Origin: Cladosporium halotolerans
Lineage: Eukaryota
DNA: 64,000 nucleotides
Direction: 5' to 3'
NCBI RefSeq assembly: GCF_011745625.1
Contig: NW_027191465.1
Coordinates: 372,001 to 436,000 of the forward strand
Below the pieces are notes generated by a model. That model did not search any database, was not told the origin of the DNA, and was given only the letters and a program-made list of their open reading frames with translations. Positions 46,473 through 58,381 of this stretch are shown piece after piece (position 1 is the first letter of the stretch; each line of letters begins with the position of its first letter). Made by a program: the position numbers and the translations under genes.

Positions 46473-49141
46473 CTTAGCGAGGTTGACAGCGGCCCCTCTG
46501 CGCTGCGCGTGTCAGAGTGGTATCGTGGGATTGGCGACTATGCGCGGCGCTCCATGTGCCCAGCAAGAGGATCAGGCAGTCGCGGAAGTGCTGTCCATCT
46601 TCACGGCCACTGATGGCGTTTTGACATGCTGTCAGTGCATGGCTGACGTTACCGCGAGGCGCGTGTCAATTGGTGAAGGAGGTCAGGGACGAAGTTGCGA
46701 TCGCGGGGAAAAGGTCAGCAGAAACTCCTTCTGCAGCACCGGATCTCCAACATCAACTCCAAGCTGACATTGTGTTGGCACGTGATTTCGTACATCGTTT
46801 ACTGAAGAGTGCGAATGCGAACATAGGACAAGACGAACCTGTTTGATTGTGCGCTATGTGGGACATGTCCAGGGCGGTGAAATCGCGAGAGGTGTGGCGG
46901 ACTGCAATCTCACTGCATCCGCATCACCTCCAGCCGTCTTTGCCTCTCAACTGCCACTCACTCAAACCGCGTCGTCAGAACCCATTATCGCCATCAAGGA
47001 CCAGCGTCTAACTATTTCAAATGCTAAGGCCTTGGCTCATTGCTGAGGTACACATGTTCGCTCATGGCGTCCCTGGCAAAGCCGCATTCTGTTTTCCCGA
47101 CCGATTCCATGCGAAAGTTCTCGTGCCTAGCCACGTTTTCGCCATTCCGCTGCGTGCTATTCTGAGATCCCGTACGATATCAAAGGAGGCTCAAGTCTAG
47201 ATTACTGGCTTGCATCGCTCTTTTCGTGCCAATGAAGCGGGCGTTTCATTGAGGCGTTGTTTGAAGGTTTGTTCCTAGGCAAATATGCTTGATCGAGGAT
47301 GCCGACGGAGATTAAGCATCTATTCAAAGGACTTTGCCTAACGTGCGAGGGTAGAGCCGTGGTTTGTAGCTTTTGCCGCGCGCTGCAGCACGCAGGAGTT
47401 CTCATCCTGGTTCTCTGCCGAGTTGACTTGGAGACAGGGATCAGGCAAAGAAGAAGCGGCACGGAGTATAATTGCATACTATCTCCAATCCGCCTGTCCT
47501 TGCCTCCAGGCTCATACGCCTTGGCTCATATGCTGCAAGTGATCTGTCTCCGACACAAATAATACGCTAGCGACCATGTGACCTAAGCATTTGGCGGTCT
47601 GGCCTAGATCTCGAACAATGGCGGCTACTGAATTGCCGCGCTGACAATCAGCATCTAAAACAACTGTCGCCTGAACGCCAAAACAATACTCTCACCGCGT
47701 ATTGTCCATGCGCAGGACCCGGGCCTTACCGATTCGATGAAGATTATACCGCTGGCTTAGTGCTAAGCGAAGCTGAACCGGATCACCCCAGAGCCCTAAC
47801 CGTTCCTGTCGTGGTTCATGCTGGGTCTCTACAGTACAAGCGGATGCTGGCATGCGAAAGTGAGCGGTATGATGCAGCGTCATGGGTCCCATGTTCATCT
47901 CATTTCCACTGTCGCCCATTCTACCGCGAAAGAAGACTGAGTGCTGACGACGTGACAGCTGTGCGAACATGGTTTTTCGGTTCCACGACAAGCATATGCA
48001 AGCCATGGCTAGCGCAGCCAGTGAAATGCTTTGCCCTTCGCCTTGGTACAATGGTCAGGCTAAGGCTGTGCATAGCTCGACGCGTGATGGATCCCTCGTG
48101 TCTGTAAGTTCAAGGCTGAGAAATCGATGTCACCACAAGCTTACGATACACATACCGTGCGACTCGCGCGACACCTTGGACCCGGCCGGCCCTAGCTCGA
48201 TGCCCATATCCGGCCACAAACCACAGAGATGCCGCATGTGCAGCAACGTGGTGGCGCAACATCTGCAGCCACCGGGATCCCCGCAGTTACGGCTCACACA
48301 GCTGCGGCGTGGCAGACACAACTCAGCATCTCCCTCTCGTGCTTGGCCTGAGACAATATCTCAGCCTTCCGAAGAGCCGGGAGCTTGTCCGTTGAGCTTA
48401 ACTTCTCGGCCTCGTCTGTGGCGGCGCGATATGAGAAAAAAGTTCCAGATCACCACAACAAGAGATTGGCGTCCTCGCGGCGATAATGCACCCTTCGCCT
48501 GCAGCTGCAAGACCCACACGTACGCCTGGATCTTCCAGCTGCATATCGCGTTCACATCGCAGCCTGCCGTCGGAGAATACTGCACCGGCAATCACCGCAT
48601 TTAGCAAAGCGAAAGGTTCCCCCACCATACCTCTGCGTCGTGATGATGACGGACCCAGACGTGCCGCAACCCATGGCTCTCACTCGCACCACGCGATCAT
48701 TTCCCGCCTCGGACAGCCCGCAAATGGCGATGCCTAAGCATGTGCTGTTCCCTCACTGCCGCCTGACCATACCCCATGCAGCAGCCTCACCACCCCGGCA
48801 CCAGACGCTTTTGGACTGGTCGATAGTATCCTGCTTGGTCGATGGCGTTGTGGATCGCTTAATGGGATTGCCAAGGGCTGAAGGTTGCTGTGGCTCTTCT
48901 GGTCACCGTAATCCAGTCCAGGCTTGTCCGCCGGGACATCTGCTCTCCTGAAGAATAAGTACCTCGCTCATTTCCTCCAAAAAACCTTTGATCTTCCACC
49001 GCATCTCCAGCGAACACATTAGCCCAGCACCTTTTGCTCCATTCGTTCGTGCTTTCAACGCACTTCATCCTCGCAACTTTCCTGGTCTCATCCCTCACTT
49101 CGCAACCGAAGTCTTCAGGAATTCATTCTACCTCCGTCACC

Positions 49142-49972
49142 ATGCGCTTCATCTTCGCTCTCGCGGCTCTCGCAGCCACCGCTGCCGCAGCTCCCTGGGC
49201 CAACTGGGGTGTCTCGCATGGCCTCAACTACCCGCGCACGACCTCCAACTGCATGAGCGACTCTGACGCCACCAAGGTCGCCAACAACTTCAAGACGCTC
49301 ATCGCCGCCTACAGCGATTCTTTCTCCAACAAGACCATGGCCGTCGACTTCGTCGACTATTCCGACTCCGTCATGGAGCTCATCAACGGCGGCTGCGAAG
49401 GCCCTGAAGTGGTATGCTTACACATCCAATCTCCCTCGCCTGCCACTGGGCTGCGAGATTTCGTGCATCTGACTTACATGCGTTCTCTTCTCCCTTGCAG
49501 CTCGGCACTGCCGTCTTCTCATCCCGAGCCGAATTCCAGGCGGGCCAGGGTGCGCAGCCCCCCATTCCATTCGAGATCATCAAGACTTGGAACGCCTGCA
49601 GCGCCGTAAGTATAATCTGCAATCCCCCTCATGTCTTCAAAGCCGTACCCGCTGAGTGTAACAACGCAGGTTACCATCCGCTGGCAGTCCGCGCAGACCC
49701 CCCAGCTCGTCACCGGCATCATCGTGATCGAGGTCGTTAAGAACGCCGACAAGAAGGCTTCGCAGAAGTGGCTCATCAAGACCGTCTACTCCGAGTTCAA
49801 CTCCGGTACGTCCCATCGGCTTTGCATTGTTCTATTGTTCTGTTATGTCAGGAGTGTGACTAATCATTTCCCAGGCGCCTGGCTCGTCAACCTCGACGTC
49901 TTCAACCCGCCCGTCTGCCCGGCGCCGCCGCCTCCCACTTCCACTCCTTCTCGCCGCATGCTGTTCGTCTAG
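49142..49972 (+). CDS. Secreted protein, probable NTF2-like fold
   Basis: Signal peptide MRFIFALAALAATAAA and three GT-AG introns. DFVDYSDSV, FSSRAEFQAGQGAQP, IRW, WLIKTVYSEFNSGAWLVNL. The fold assignment is inference. Confidence 0.75.
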
Positions 49973-50280
49973 AGGAGTGTGCTTGCCATCGTCTGATCGA
50001 ACGATCTGAACGGACAGTTTGACCGGCTCCTCGAACCTTTTCCGTCACTTAGTCTTCTCTTGGAAAAATCTCATGTTTCCCCTTCGTCTGCGCAGCGAGA
50101 AGTATTCCTCCAGCCGCAACTAGACTCTTTTGAAAAGTCTTTTTGGGTGATGTTTACCTGGCGTGGCGTAGGTGCAAGACATTCTGGTACGAATAGCTAC
50201 GATAATCTTGAATGCGGCGTTGTCATCACTTCCTCACATCATCGTTCCCTTTACCTCCACACCCATCAATATCTCCAAAC

Positions 50281-50713
50281 TGTCACTTGCCGCCCAACTC
50301 CCATCCTCGCACCTCTCAGACAAAGCTGAAGCTCAAAGACCTGACTCGCAAAGCCGACCCTCGACTCTGCGCCCCGGCAAATCCAGCCTGGCTCCCCACC
50401 TCGCAACTCCGCAGGATCCAGATCGGCGCGCTGGCGCGCAAGCGAGAGCGCTAAACTCTATCGGGCTCGCATTCGTAGGTTTGTCGAACCTGCGTTTTGT
50501 GGCCTATAGGTGGATGGGGTGACGTAGGCTGTTTGGGAGCGTTCCTCTTTTTTTTTGTGTGAGACGTAAGTCTTTGATGTGCCGGGCGGATTTGGAGTTT
50601 GAAATCTGGAGAGTTGGGGTGAGGCCGATGGGTCGGATGTGGGGTTAGGTCTGGGTTGGTTCGGGGTTAGGGCAAGCAGAGGGATAGGCACGGATGGAGA
50701 TGTGGCTGTGACA
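50281..50713 (+). repeat. Imperfect long inverted repeat / fold-back structure
   Basis: Seven nested complementary blocks sharing one symmetry axis near 50496 (see findings). Confidence 0.7.
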
Positions 50714-50844
50714 TGGTAAGGTATAGGTTCTCGCATTATCTATCGTGATCGTCCAAAAATATCTAGTGCGCCGGTGCTGTCAAGAAACCGCAAGTGTCCA
50801 AATGCCCATGCGCGCAAAACAACTCTCAAAAATCAATCGCTTCC

Positions 50845-52182
50845 TCAATACCCAATATCCACACTGGTAACATCCTCAACGAAATGCTTCTCCCTGCTCG
50901 CGCGAGTGAACCACAGGAACCAGGGGATAACGTAGGTCTTGATCGTGTGCCCGATGTAGCCGGCGTCGCTGACGGTCGAGACGACGCTCTTGCTCTCCTC
51001 GAAGGCGGCCTCGATGCGCGCGCGCCGCAGCTTCTCGTACGCGTCGAAGGCCTCCTTCATGCTGCCGGGCTTGCCCTTCTCGATCCAGCGCGTCAGGCAG
51101 CGCGAGAAGAGGACGGTGTCCTCGAAGACGATGCCGGTCGATTCGCCTTGGGGAGGCATAGCGTGCTGGAGGGGGGGTATTAGCGAAGTCTTCTTCAATT
51201 CATCAGTTCTTGAGCTGGGTCCACTTACTGCTGCATCACCGAGAAGCATAACGCGGTCCGTAGCCCACTTGCCGTGCTTAGACAGAGTGAAAACAGGCCA
51301 CAGGAAGAAATCCTGCGCCTTCTCGATCAAAGGCTTGATGCTGGGGATCTTGGCATCACCGAAACGCTCCAGAATATCCGCGCGGATCTTCTTCTCGTCC
51401 GCGCCCGCGGCCTTCCAGCCATCGCGCGACTCCAGCTCCGGCAGCTGCATCAGCGCGCCGACGTAGATCGAGTCCTTCTGCGAGTTGTGGTAGCTGGTGA
51501 GCAGCATGCCGCGGCGTGCGAAGTTGATGGCGGTGCACTCGAAGTGCACGGTAAAGTCGGGCTCGACGGGCGCGAAGCCAAAGGCGTTGCAGAGGCCCGA
51601 GTAGGTGGCTTTGCGCTCAGGCTCGACGTGCTTCAGGCGCGTGACGGAGTGGATGCCGTCGCAGCCCATGAGCAGGTCGGCGCTGGCGGAGCCGCCGTCT
51701 TCGAAGGTGAGGGTGACTTTGTCGGCGGTCTCTTTGATGTCTACCGTGCGCTTGCCGCAGGTAAGGGTGATGTTCTCGTGCTGCTCAACAGCGGCCAGGA
51801 CGCCTTTCAGGGCGTCGCCACGGGTGATTCGCAGGGCCTTGTAGGGAGGGTTGCCGATGCCCTTGCCTTCTGGACCGCTGAAGTCGGAGGTAGCGAGTCT
51901 GGTAGAGTAGATGTCGAAGACCTCAAGGTAGTCGATTGTTCGGCCATAGTCTCTCTCGCGGATGATCGGCAGAGCACCAAGGTGGTCTAGGAGCCTCAGG
52001 GCATTGGGTGTGAGGTTGACAGCACCGCCGATAGTCGCTGGCACTGTACGGATCTCGAAGATCTGAATTCGGGGCACCTGACCCTTGGGAGCGTACTTGG
52101 TGAGGGCGAGGGCAGTGGTCAAGCCTGCAATGCCTCCTCCGAGGATGATCACGTTCAAGCCATCTGGCGAGGCGGGAGCCAT
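50845..52182 (-). CDS. FAD-dependent monooxygenase (salicylate hydroxylase-like)
   Basis: IILGGGIAGL, GCDGIHS, LLGDAA|HAMPP with an in-frame 63-nt intron at 51166-51228. Confidence 0.92.
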   Translation of the reverse strand: MAPASPDGLNVIILGGGIAGLTTALALTKYAPKGQVPRIQIFEIRTVPATIGGAVNLTPNALRLLDHLGALPIIRERDYGRTIDYLEVFDIYSTRLATSDFSGPEGKGIGNPPYKALRITRGDALKGVLAAVEQHENITLTCGKRTVDIKETADKVTLTFEDGGSASADLLMGCDGIHSVTRLKHVEPERKATYSGLCNAFGFAPVEPDFTVHFECTAINFARRGMLLTSYHNSQKDSIYVGALMQLPELESRDGWKAAGADEKKIRADILERFGDAKIPSIKPLIEKAQDFFLWPVFTLSKHGKWATDRVMLLGDAAVSGPSSRTDELKKTSLIPPLQHAMPPQGESTGIVFEDTVLFSRCLTRWIEKGKPGSMKEAFDAYEKLRRARIEAAFEESKSVVSTVSDAGYIGHTIKTYVIPWFLWFTRASREKHFVEDVTSVDIGY

Positions 52183-53231
52183 GGCAGTCTGCAGTCTGGT
52201 GGGGTTTGAGGAGGGTAGTTGTGGGGTAGTTGGAGATCAATGATGCCGTGTTTCGACGACGGTGAAGCAGCGAAGGAGAGGAGCCCGAAAGAAAGATGGA
52301 AGAGCACTTACAACTTCGGCCGGAGCGGCCGGTGTCTATCAAAAGATGCTGACAGCGGTTCAGCGCCAGAGCTCAGGGCGGATCAGGTCAGGTCCAAGCC
52401 CTGCAGGAAGCAGGTCGATGTCGCGCTGCGGCGTTTCGTGGGGCCGATTCACATCAGCGGCGCGGGCAGCGACAGCTCGGCGTGTGGCAGCAGCGAGAGG
52501 CCGACGCCGCGCAGCCGGTCGCAGCGCTCCATTCGTCGATGGCGCGCTCGGCTGGCTGCACAGGCATCTGACCGGCAACGAGACTTTGCGGCTGCGCGTG
52601 AGATGCTGCTTTGAGACGCGTTGGCAGCAGCGATCACAGCGATCACCGCGTGGGTGGAGACGCTTCCTCGGAATAGCGCTGAGCTTATGCCATAAACTCC
52701 GAGCGCTAGCCACAGCTGTGACCCCAAAAATGGAAACGCCCAAGAGGCGGAGTCCCGCTGTGATGGGGGTCTACTGGCTGGGCGAGGCGTGGCGGGGCCT
52801 ATCTCACCTTGCAGCCTCACCTGCGAGAACCGCATGCATCCCGTTTCGGCGTACGGTGATGGAGACGGGAGCGTTGGTGCTGGAGATCTGTCTCATGTGG
52901 CTGATTGATGACTACGAAACGCTATCTTGGACTTGGTTGGTCTTGAACATCGTTGTAGGTTGAAAGAGTTCACGTTGGTGAAATCGGCAGACGTCAAGTT
53001 TCACGATCACCAAGGTTGCCTAAACGTCTTTCTCCAACCACACGTGCCGCTTCCCCGACTTGTACGACATCGTCCGTGCGTCACTGACCACAGACTTTGT
53101 GGGTACGGCTACATCGCGGGCATGCACATGGCCGACACGCCGTGTTCGTTATCGTGCTGTCGCCGATCATCCGTGTACAGAGTATGGACCTTCCTTGAAT
53201 ATCCTATTCCTCATCATTCACGTGTCCAACT

Positions 53232-56200
53232 TCAATCGCTTTCCAACCAGTCCGGTTCCGCGTCGTCGTCTTCCGGATCATGCGAGAGCAAGCTTCCACG
53301 ATCTTCCTCGTCTTCGTCGTCTCTGTCCATCGGGCCCTTATCCGTAAGGGGTCCTAGGTCGGGTAGGGCTGGTTTTTGCCTTCCCGAGTGGGCGACGCCA
53401 GGGTCCGTCTCTGCAGCATCGCTGGCTGGAGTGATTCGTTTCACAATTTCGTTGTTCGCAGTGATTCCTTCGTCTGCGACAAGTTCAGCTCGACCGTTAG
53501 CATCCTGAGATGTGCGTTTGTTCATCTTGGCCTCATCTGTGCCGAGATCCAGTCCATGGTCATTAGATTCGATCGGCATAGAATCTCCCCCAGCGAAGCC
53601 GCCGCCAGTGCCATCATCGCCGAACAGATCATCCTCTGCAGACTTATCCTGATCAACGTCGACGATGAATCCACCGCCACTGTCTCCATCACCGAATAGA
53701 TCATCCTGTGCAGGCCCACCCATGTCATTTTCGACAACAAACCCACCGCCTCCCATATCATCCACTGTATTTTCGGGCAGAAATCCTCCCCCTGACTCCT
53801 CAGCATCTGTGTTCGTTGTGATGAAGCCGCCTTCCTGCCCTGCGCTTTCATCCGGTAAGAACCCACCGCCGCCGCTATCTTCAGGCACAAAGCCGCCGCC
53901 CGTCTCAATCGTCTCCTCCGCTTGGTCAGGAAAGAACCCACCACCGCCACCCTCGTTGTCAGGCATGTACTCTGCCTCATCGTCATCTTCCTCATCGACC
54001 ACAGCGATGCCCTTCTTCCGGCCGCTTCTGCGAGCAGACGACGCGAAATCGTCATCGTCGTCCTCAACTTCGCTTTCGTACGATTTCTTCTTGCTTTTTC
54101 GCGCCGGTTTGGAAGGCATCGCGAGCTCCACGATCGAGAATTGGCCCGCCGTGGGCATGGTGGCGTCTGAAGCGTTCGTGGATTCATCCGCATCGCCGAC
54201 TGCAGATTCGCCTTGACCCAGTTCATTGTCATCCACCGCCTCTGTCGTGCTCTTTTCTCCATACGCAGCCACCCTCTCAGCAATGCGCAGACCCTTCAAG
54301 AAACGCGCCCACAACCGCAGCGCCGCCAGACTCCGGGCCTTGCTCGCGTCTAGCAAAGCTTCACACTCCAAGCCCTCAATGATAGCCTCCACGGCTTCGC
54401 CGTGCTCCTGCGAAACCACTGCACCCTCGATGATGGCAGTTCCTTTGCGCCCCTGAAACTTGAATCCTGTCACGGCGTCGGAGAAATCGATGTTCAGAGT
54501 CCGGGCAGCTTGCTGAGTCAACGCGTGCCGAATGTGCACACCGCCCGCAGGCACCATGGACGGAACATAGACGTCCAGATTCCCAAACGCGTTCTTCGGC
54601 ACCTTGCCCTTTCTGACAGGAGGCGGGACATAGACCTGCGTCTGGTGGATCGAATAAAGCGCCGTAGTAGGAGCGCCAGCCTCCTCGTCCTCGTCCTCCG
54701 GATCTCTGCGCCGAGAAGCGCGAGCAGGGACGTGCTTGAGCGGCTGCTCGCCGCGCTTGACTTCACGCCCGAGCCTATACCACTTGTCCGCGCTTTTGCA
54801 AGAGAGGACATCCTGCCGGCGGAAAACGGGCTCCATGCGCGGTTTCGCGGCCGTGCCGGCGTTGACTTTGCCTGCTTCGCGGCGAGGGTGCAGCACCTCG
54901 TGGCGGCGGAGGTGGCGTTCGAGAGCGTAGTAGGGATGGTCTTTAAAGTCGAGCACGTTGCTCGGCAGGCCTTCTCTCGCCTCCTTTTGCGCCAGCTCCG
55001 CGTCCTCCACCTGGTCGCGGTCGAGTCTGCTGCGGCGGCGGAAGAGCCGCAGGGCTTTCTTGAGCCATTTCGCGCCTTCTTCGCCGCTGCTCTCGACGCG
55101 CTGCCGGCGGGTCTTGGCGTTGAAGGCTTTGGCGTAGCGGCGAGTGACGTCGCGGGCGACGCCGTTGGATTCGAAGGCGATGGCGTAGATCAGCATGTTC
55201 AGATCGTAGGATGCGGGAGGCTCGATTTTGCTCGGTTTGCCGACTGTGTTGGTCACCATGGGGTCGACGGGGATCCATTTTTGGTGGGCGGTGTTGAAAG
55301 CTTCGACCCAGTAGACGGGATATGACAGGGTGCGGATTGGCTTTTTCTTTTCTTTGGGAGGCGGCGCGGTCATCACACTTGGAGAGAAGCCGGGCTGTCC
55401 TAGCCGTCGTCGTATTGAAGGTACTTTGCCGAATGTTGCGGAAGACTCCATGTTACCGTCGCTAGCGCTGGCATCACTGAGGTTGGGGTCGGTGTCAGGC
55501 GCAATGGCAAACACTGCTGGTTTCTTCTGTTTCTGTGGCGTGCTAGATTTCGGTGGAGGGTTCGCAAATGGGAGCGTCTGCAATGAGCACACCAAGCGAG
55601 CTTCCACACCAGCAGCTCGGAGCATGGCACAGAACAGCTGGTTCCCGGTGTCCTGTGAGCCTTCCAGGTCTCTTGCGGCTGACACGAAGTCGGCAAGATC
55701 CATGGGCTCTCCGTCTGCTGAAGATGATGGGCCGTCTCCGTTGTCCCCATCTGACGCCCAGCGAGGCCTGGCCATGCCTGAAGATGTAATCCTAAACTCG
55801 GCTTTGAAAGCAGTCTTTGCCTGCTCTAAGCCATCCATGAAAGAGCGATTGCGCTGGAACTGCGTATCATTGATCTTTGGGTTTAGATAAGACTTCATAC
55901 GCTTATCGACCAGCTTTCCTGTAAGCTTTTGTACAGCTGCACTGTTACAGCGGCTGTTGGCATACATGCAGTGGCCAAGTAGGGTGAGAAAATGCACCTT
56001 GTGCACACGCAGTCGGGAGGCTTTCTCAGAAGCAGAGGCAGGTTTGCGGCGATGGACTGTAGCTTTCTGTGCAGAGCCAGGCGGAGCAACGGAGGCCGCA
56101 ACATCAACGATGTCTTCATATTCGTCTTCTTGAGCAGGAGCTGGGCTTGAAGCTTCTTTTGGACCCAGATCGACATCTTCAAATCCGAAATCGCTCTCTT

Positions 56201-56570
56201 CTGAGCTTGAAGAATACTCTACAGTCTGCTGTTGCCGCTTCGCGGGAGTGATATCGCTCTCGTAGGACCCAACCCTTCCCTGAATCGGTGATGAGATTGT
56301 CGCAAGGCTCTTCACGGACGCAGATGCCGGCTCACTGTGGGCAATCCTGTCAGGCGTAATCGGTCCCTTGGATACCTTGCGACGCTTCAGAGGGCGGGAT
56401 TCAGTATCTACTGGGTCCGCAGCGACCGCCTCGGCGACCATGTCCCCGTAGACATCAGGGGCGGTGTCCCTTCCATCAGGCGCCGCTGCTTTTCGCGATC
56501 TTGTGCTGCGCCTTGGTGCTGCCGCTGCCGCTGAATCATGCGGTTTAGGCCTACCTGCTCTCGAGACCAT
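53232..56570 (-). CDS. RAD4: DNA damage recognition protein Rad4/XPC
   Basis: Transglutaminase-like domain (FCAMLRAAGVEARLVCSLQ, YWVEAF, ARDVTRRYA) and BHD domains (FKDHPYYALERHLRRHE, VPKNAFGNLDVYVPSMVPAG, DAVTGFKF). Confidence 0.95.
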   Translation of the reverse strand: MVSRAGRPKPHDSAAAAAPRRSTRSRKAAAPDGRDTAPDVYGDMVAEAVAADPVDTESRPLKRRKVSKGPITPDRIAHSEPASASVKSLATISSPIQGRVGSYESDITPAKRQQQTVEYSSSSEESDFGFEDVDLGPKEASSPAPAQEDEYEDIVDVAASVAPPGSAQKATVHRRKPASASEKASRLRVHKVHFLTLLGHCMYANSRCNSAAVQKLTGKLVDKRMKSYLNPKINDTQFQRNRSFMDGLEQAKTAFKAEFRITSSGMARPRWASDGDNGDGPSSSADGEPMDLADFVSAARDLEGSQDTGNQLFCAMLRAAGVEARLVCSLQTLPFANPPPKSSTPQKQKKPAVFAIAPDTDPNLSDASASDGNMESSATFGKVPSIRRRLGQPGFSPSVMTAPPPKEKKKPIRTLSYPVYWVEAFNTAHQKWIPVDPMVTNTVGKPSKIEPPASYDLNMLIYAIAFESNGVARDVTRRYAKAFNAKTRRQRVESSGEEGAKWLKKALRLFRRRSRLDRDQVEDAELAQKEAREGLPSNVLDFKDHPYYALERHLRRHEVLHPRREAGKVNAGTAAKPRMEPVFRRQDVLSCKSADKWYRLGREVKRGEQPLKHVPARASRRRDPEDEDEEAGAPTTALYSIHQTQVYVPPPVRKGKVPKNAFGNLDVYVPSMVPAGGVHIRHALTQQAARTLNIDFSDAVTGFKFQGRKGTAIIEGAVVSQEHGEAVEAIIEGLECEALLDASKARSLAALRLWARFLKGLRIAERVAAYGEKSTTEAVDDNELGQGESAVGDADESTNASDATMPTAGQFSIVELAMPSKPARKSKKKSYESEVEDDDDDFASSARRSGRKKGIAVVDEEDDDEAEYMPDNEGGGGGFFPDQAEETIETGGGFVPEDSGGGGFLPDESAGQEGGFITTNTDAEESGGGFLPENTVDDMGGGGFVVENDMGGPAQDDLFGDGDSGGGFIVDVDQDKSAEDDLFGDDGTGGGFAGGDSMPIESNDHGLDLGTDEAKMNKRTSQDANGRAELVADEGITANNEIVKRITPASDAAETDPGVAHSGRQKPALPDLGPLTDKGPMDRDDEDEEDRGSLLSHDPEDDDAEPDWLESD

Positions 56571-56619
56571 GACGATTACTTAGGTGATCAAGTGGTGATG
56601 TTTCCCAGAAGCTGCGTGT

Positions 56620-56950
56620 ACATTGTTGGTCGCGACAGCGTCGCGCGCTCATGTGACCTGTAATCTGCGGTCGGTGGCGGATCACGGCGCGCGGAGTCAG
56701 CCGTTGCCTGGCGTCGAGTGAAGCAGCATGCCTTCTGCCGTGTTAGGAATACTTAAATACCAACGCCGACTCTGCGAAGCGATGGCAGCGTATTGCTGCT
56801 GCGAGACCGAGTGAGATTGCGGCGATGCTTGAGAGTGACGTCTAGTCTGGCATCCACCATCTGTCAAGCACAAGCACAAGCATAAACGCACCGGCGCCGC
56901 GGGACGCGCTAGAAACGGGACTAGCCTTGAGCGCGCGCACGCGTGCGGGC
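56620..56950. promoter_or_regulatory. RAD4/CDK1 divergent promoter with an MCB box and CGCG-rich motifs
   Basis: ACGCGT at 56939-56944 and several CGCG cores within a 683-bp head-to-head spacer. Confidence 0.45.
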
Positions 56951-57253
56951 GAGTCCGCTGTTTACTGCCCTGTGCGCCCTGGTCCCGCCTTGCAAAGCCA
57001 AAGCAAGCACCCGGAATCTACAAACAACATTCGCTTCTTTAGGCGACTTGACGATCCCGACGACGACCCGGCCGGTACCAGACGAGGCGATCTTACCCAT
57101 CTCGGCGAATGGACAATTGAGGACCGACTAGCTCACCCACGACCTCAGACTCCCACCAAACAACGACACCGCTCTCTCACCGCGGTCCCTCATTACAGGA
57201 CCTTGCTCTGAATTCTACGCCACAAGCCCGCATTCCGCACCCTCTCGGCCACC

Positions 57254-58381
57254 ATGGAGAACTACCAGAAAATGGAAAAGATCGGAGAGGGTACGAAGCT
57301 CCAGCCTCACCGCAGAATAGAAAGAGGCATGTCGGAAACAGCACGCTAACCCCACCCTTTTGCAGGCACGTACGGTGTCGTCTACAAGGCCCTCGATCTC
57401 ACCACGCCGGAGCAGCGCATTGTCGCGCTCAAGAAGATCCGCCTCGAGGCCGAGGACGAGGGTGTCCCTTCCACCGCCATTCGCGAGATTTCCCTCCTCA
57501 AGGAAATGAACGACCCGAACATTGTGCGGCTCTATAACATTGTCCACGCCGACGGTCACAAGCTCTACCTTGTCTTCGAATACCTCGACCTGGATCTGAA
57601 GAAGTATATGGAGGCTCTGCCGGTTAGTCAGGGTGGGCGCGGAAAGCCTCTGCCCGAGGGTACCATGAACGGACGTCAGGGACACATGGGCTTGGGCCCG
57701 GAGATGGTAAGTTGGATACTGTGCTGTTGCGTAGGGGCAGGAGGGCACACATGCTGACCAATTATGCAGGTCAAGAAGTTCACTCTGCAGCTGCTGGAGG
57801 GCACCCGCTACTGCCACGCCCACCGCATTCTGCACCGTGACCTGAAGCCGCAGAACTTGCTCATCGACAAGGAGGGCAACCTCAAGCTGGCTGATTTCGG
57901 TCTCGCTCGCGCTTTCGGTGTGCCTCTTCGCACCTACACCCACGAAGTCGTCACTCTCTGGTATCGCGCCCCTGAAATTCTCCTCGGTGGTCGCCAATAC
58001 TCCACCGGCGTCGACATGTGGTCCGTTGGCTGCATCTTCGCCGAGATGGCCACCCGCAAGCCTCTCTTCCCCGGTGACTCCGAAATCGACGAGATCTTCA
58101 AGATCTTCCGCATCCTCGGCACGCCCACCGAGGCCGACTGGCCCGGCGTCACTTCCTTCCCGGACTTCAAGAGTAGCTTTCCGAAGTGGGAGAGGAAGCA
58201 GGACGACGAGATCGTCAACGCGGACGGTGTCAAGGTCCTCGGCGAGAACGGCCTCGACCTCCTCGAGAGCATGCTCGTCTACGATCCGGCTGGCCGCATC
58301 AGCGCCAAGCAGGCCGTACATCACGCGTACTTCCAAGAGGGCGCGAGGACTCTGGGCGCGAGGCAGAATGGGTACCACTGA
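57254..58381 (+). CDS. CDK1: Cyclin-dependent kinase 1 (Cdc2/Cdc28/NimX)
   Basis: [81 protein letters not shown]; two introns. Confidence 0.97.

Noticed and set aside
46700..49100. Several 80-210 aa ORFs in the long intergenic region
   Set aside because: No codon bias, motifs or splice-consistent gene model.
50638..50672. GGGGTTAGG / GGGGTTAGGG as telomeric repeats
   Set aside because: Isolated single units, better explained as the G-rich arm of the fold-back.
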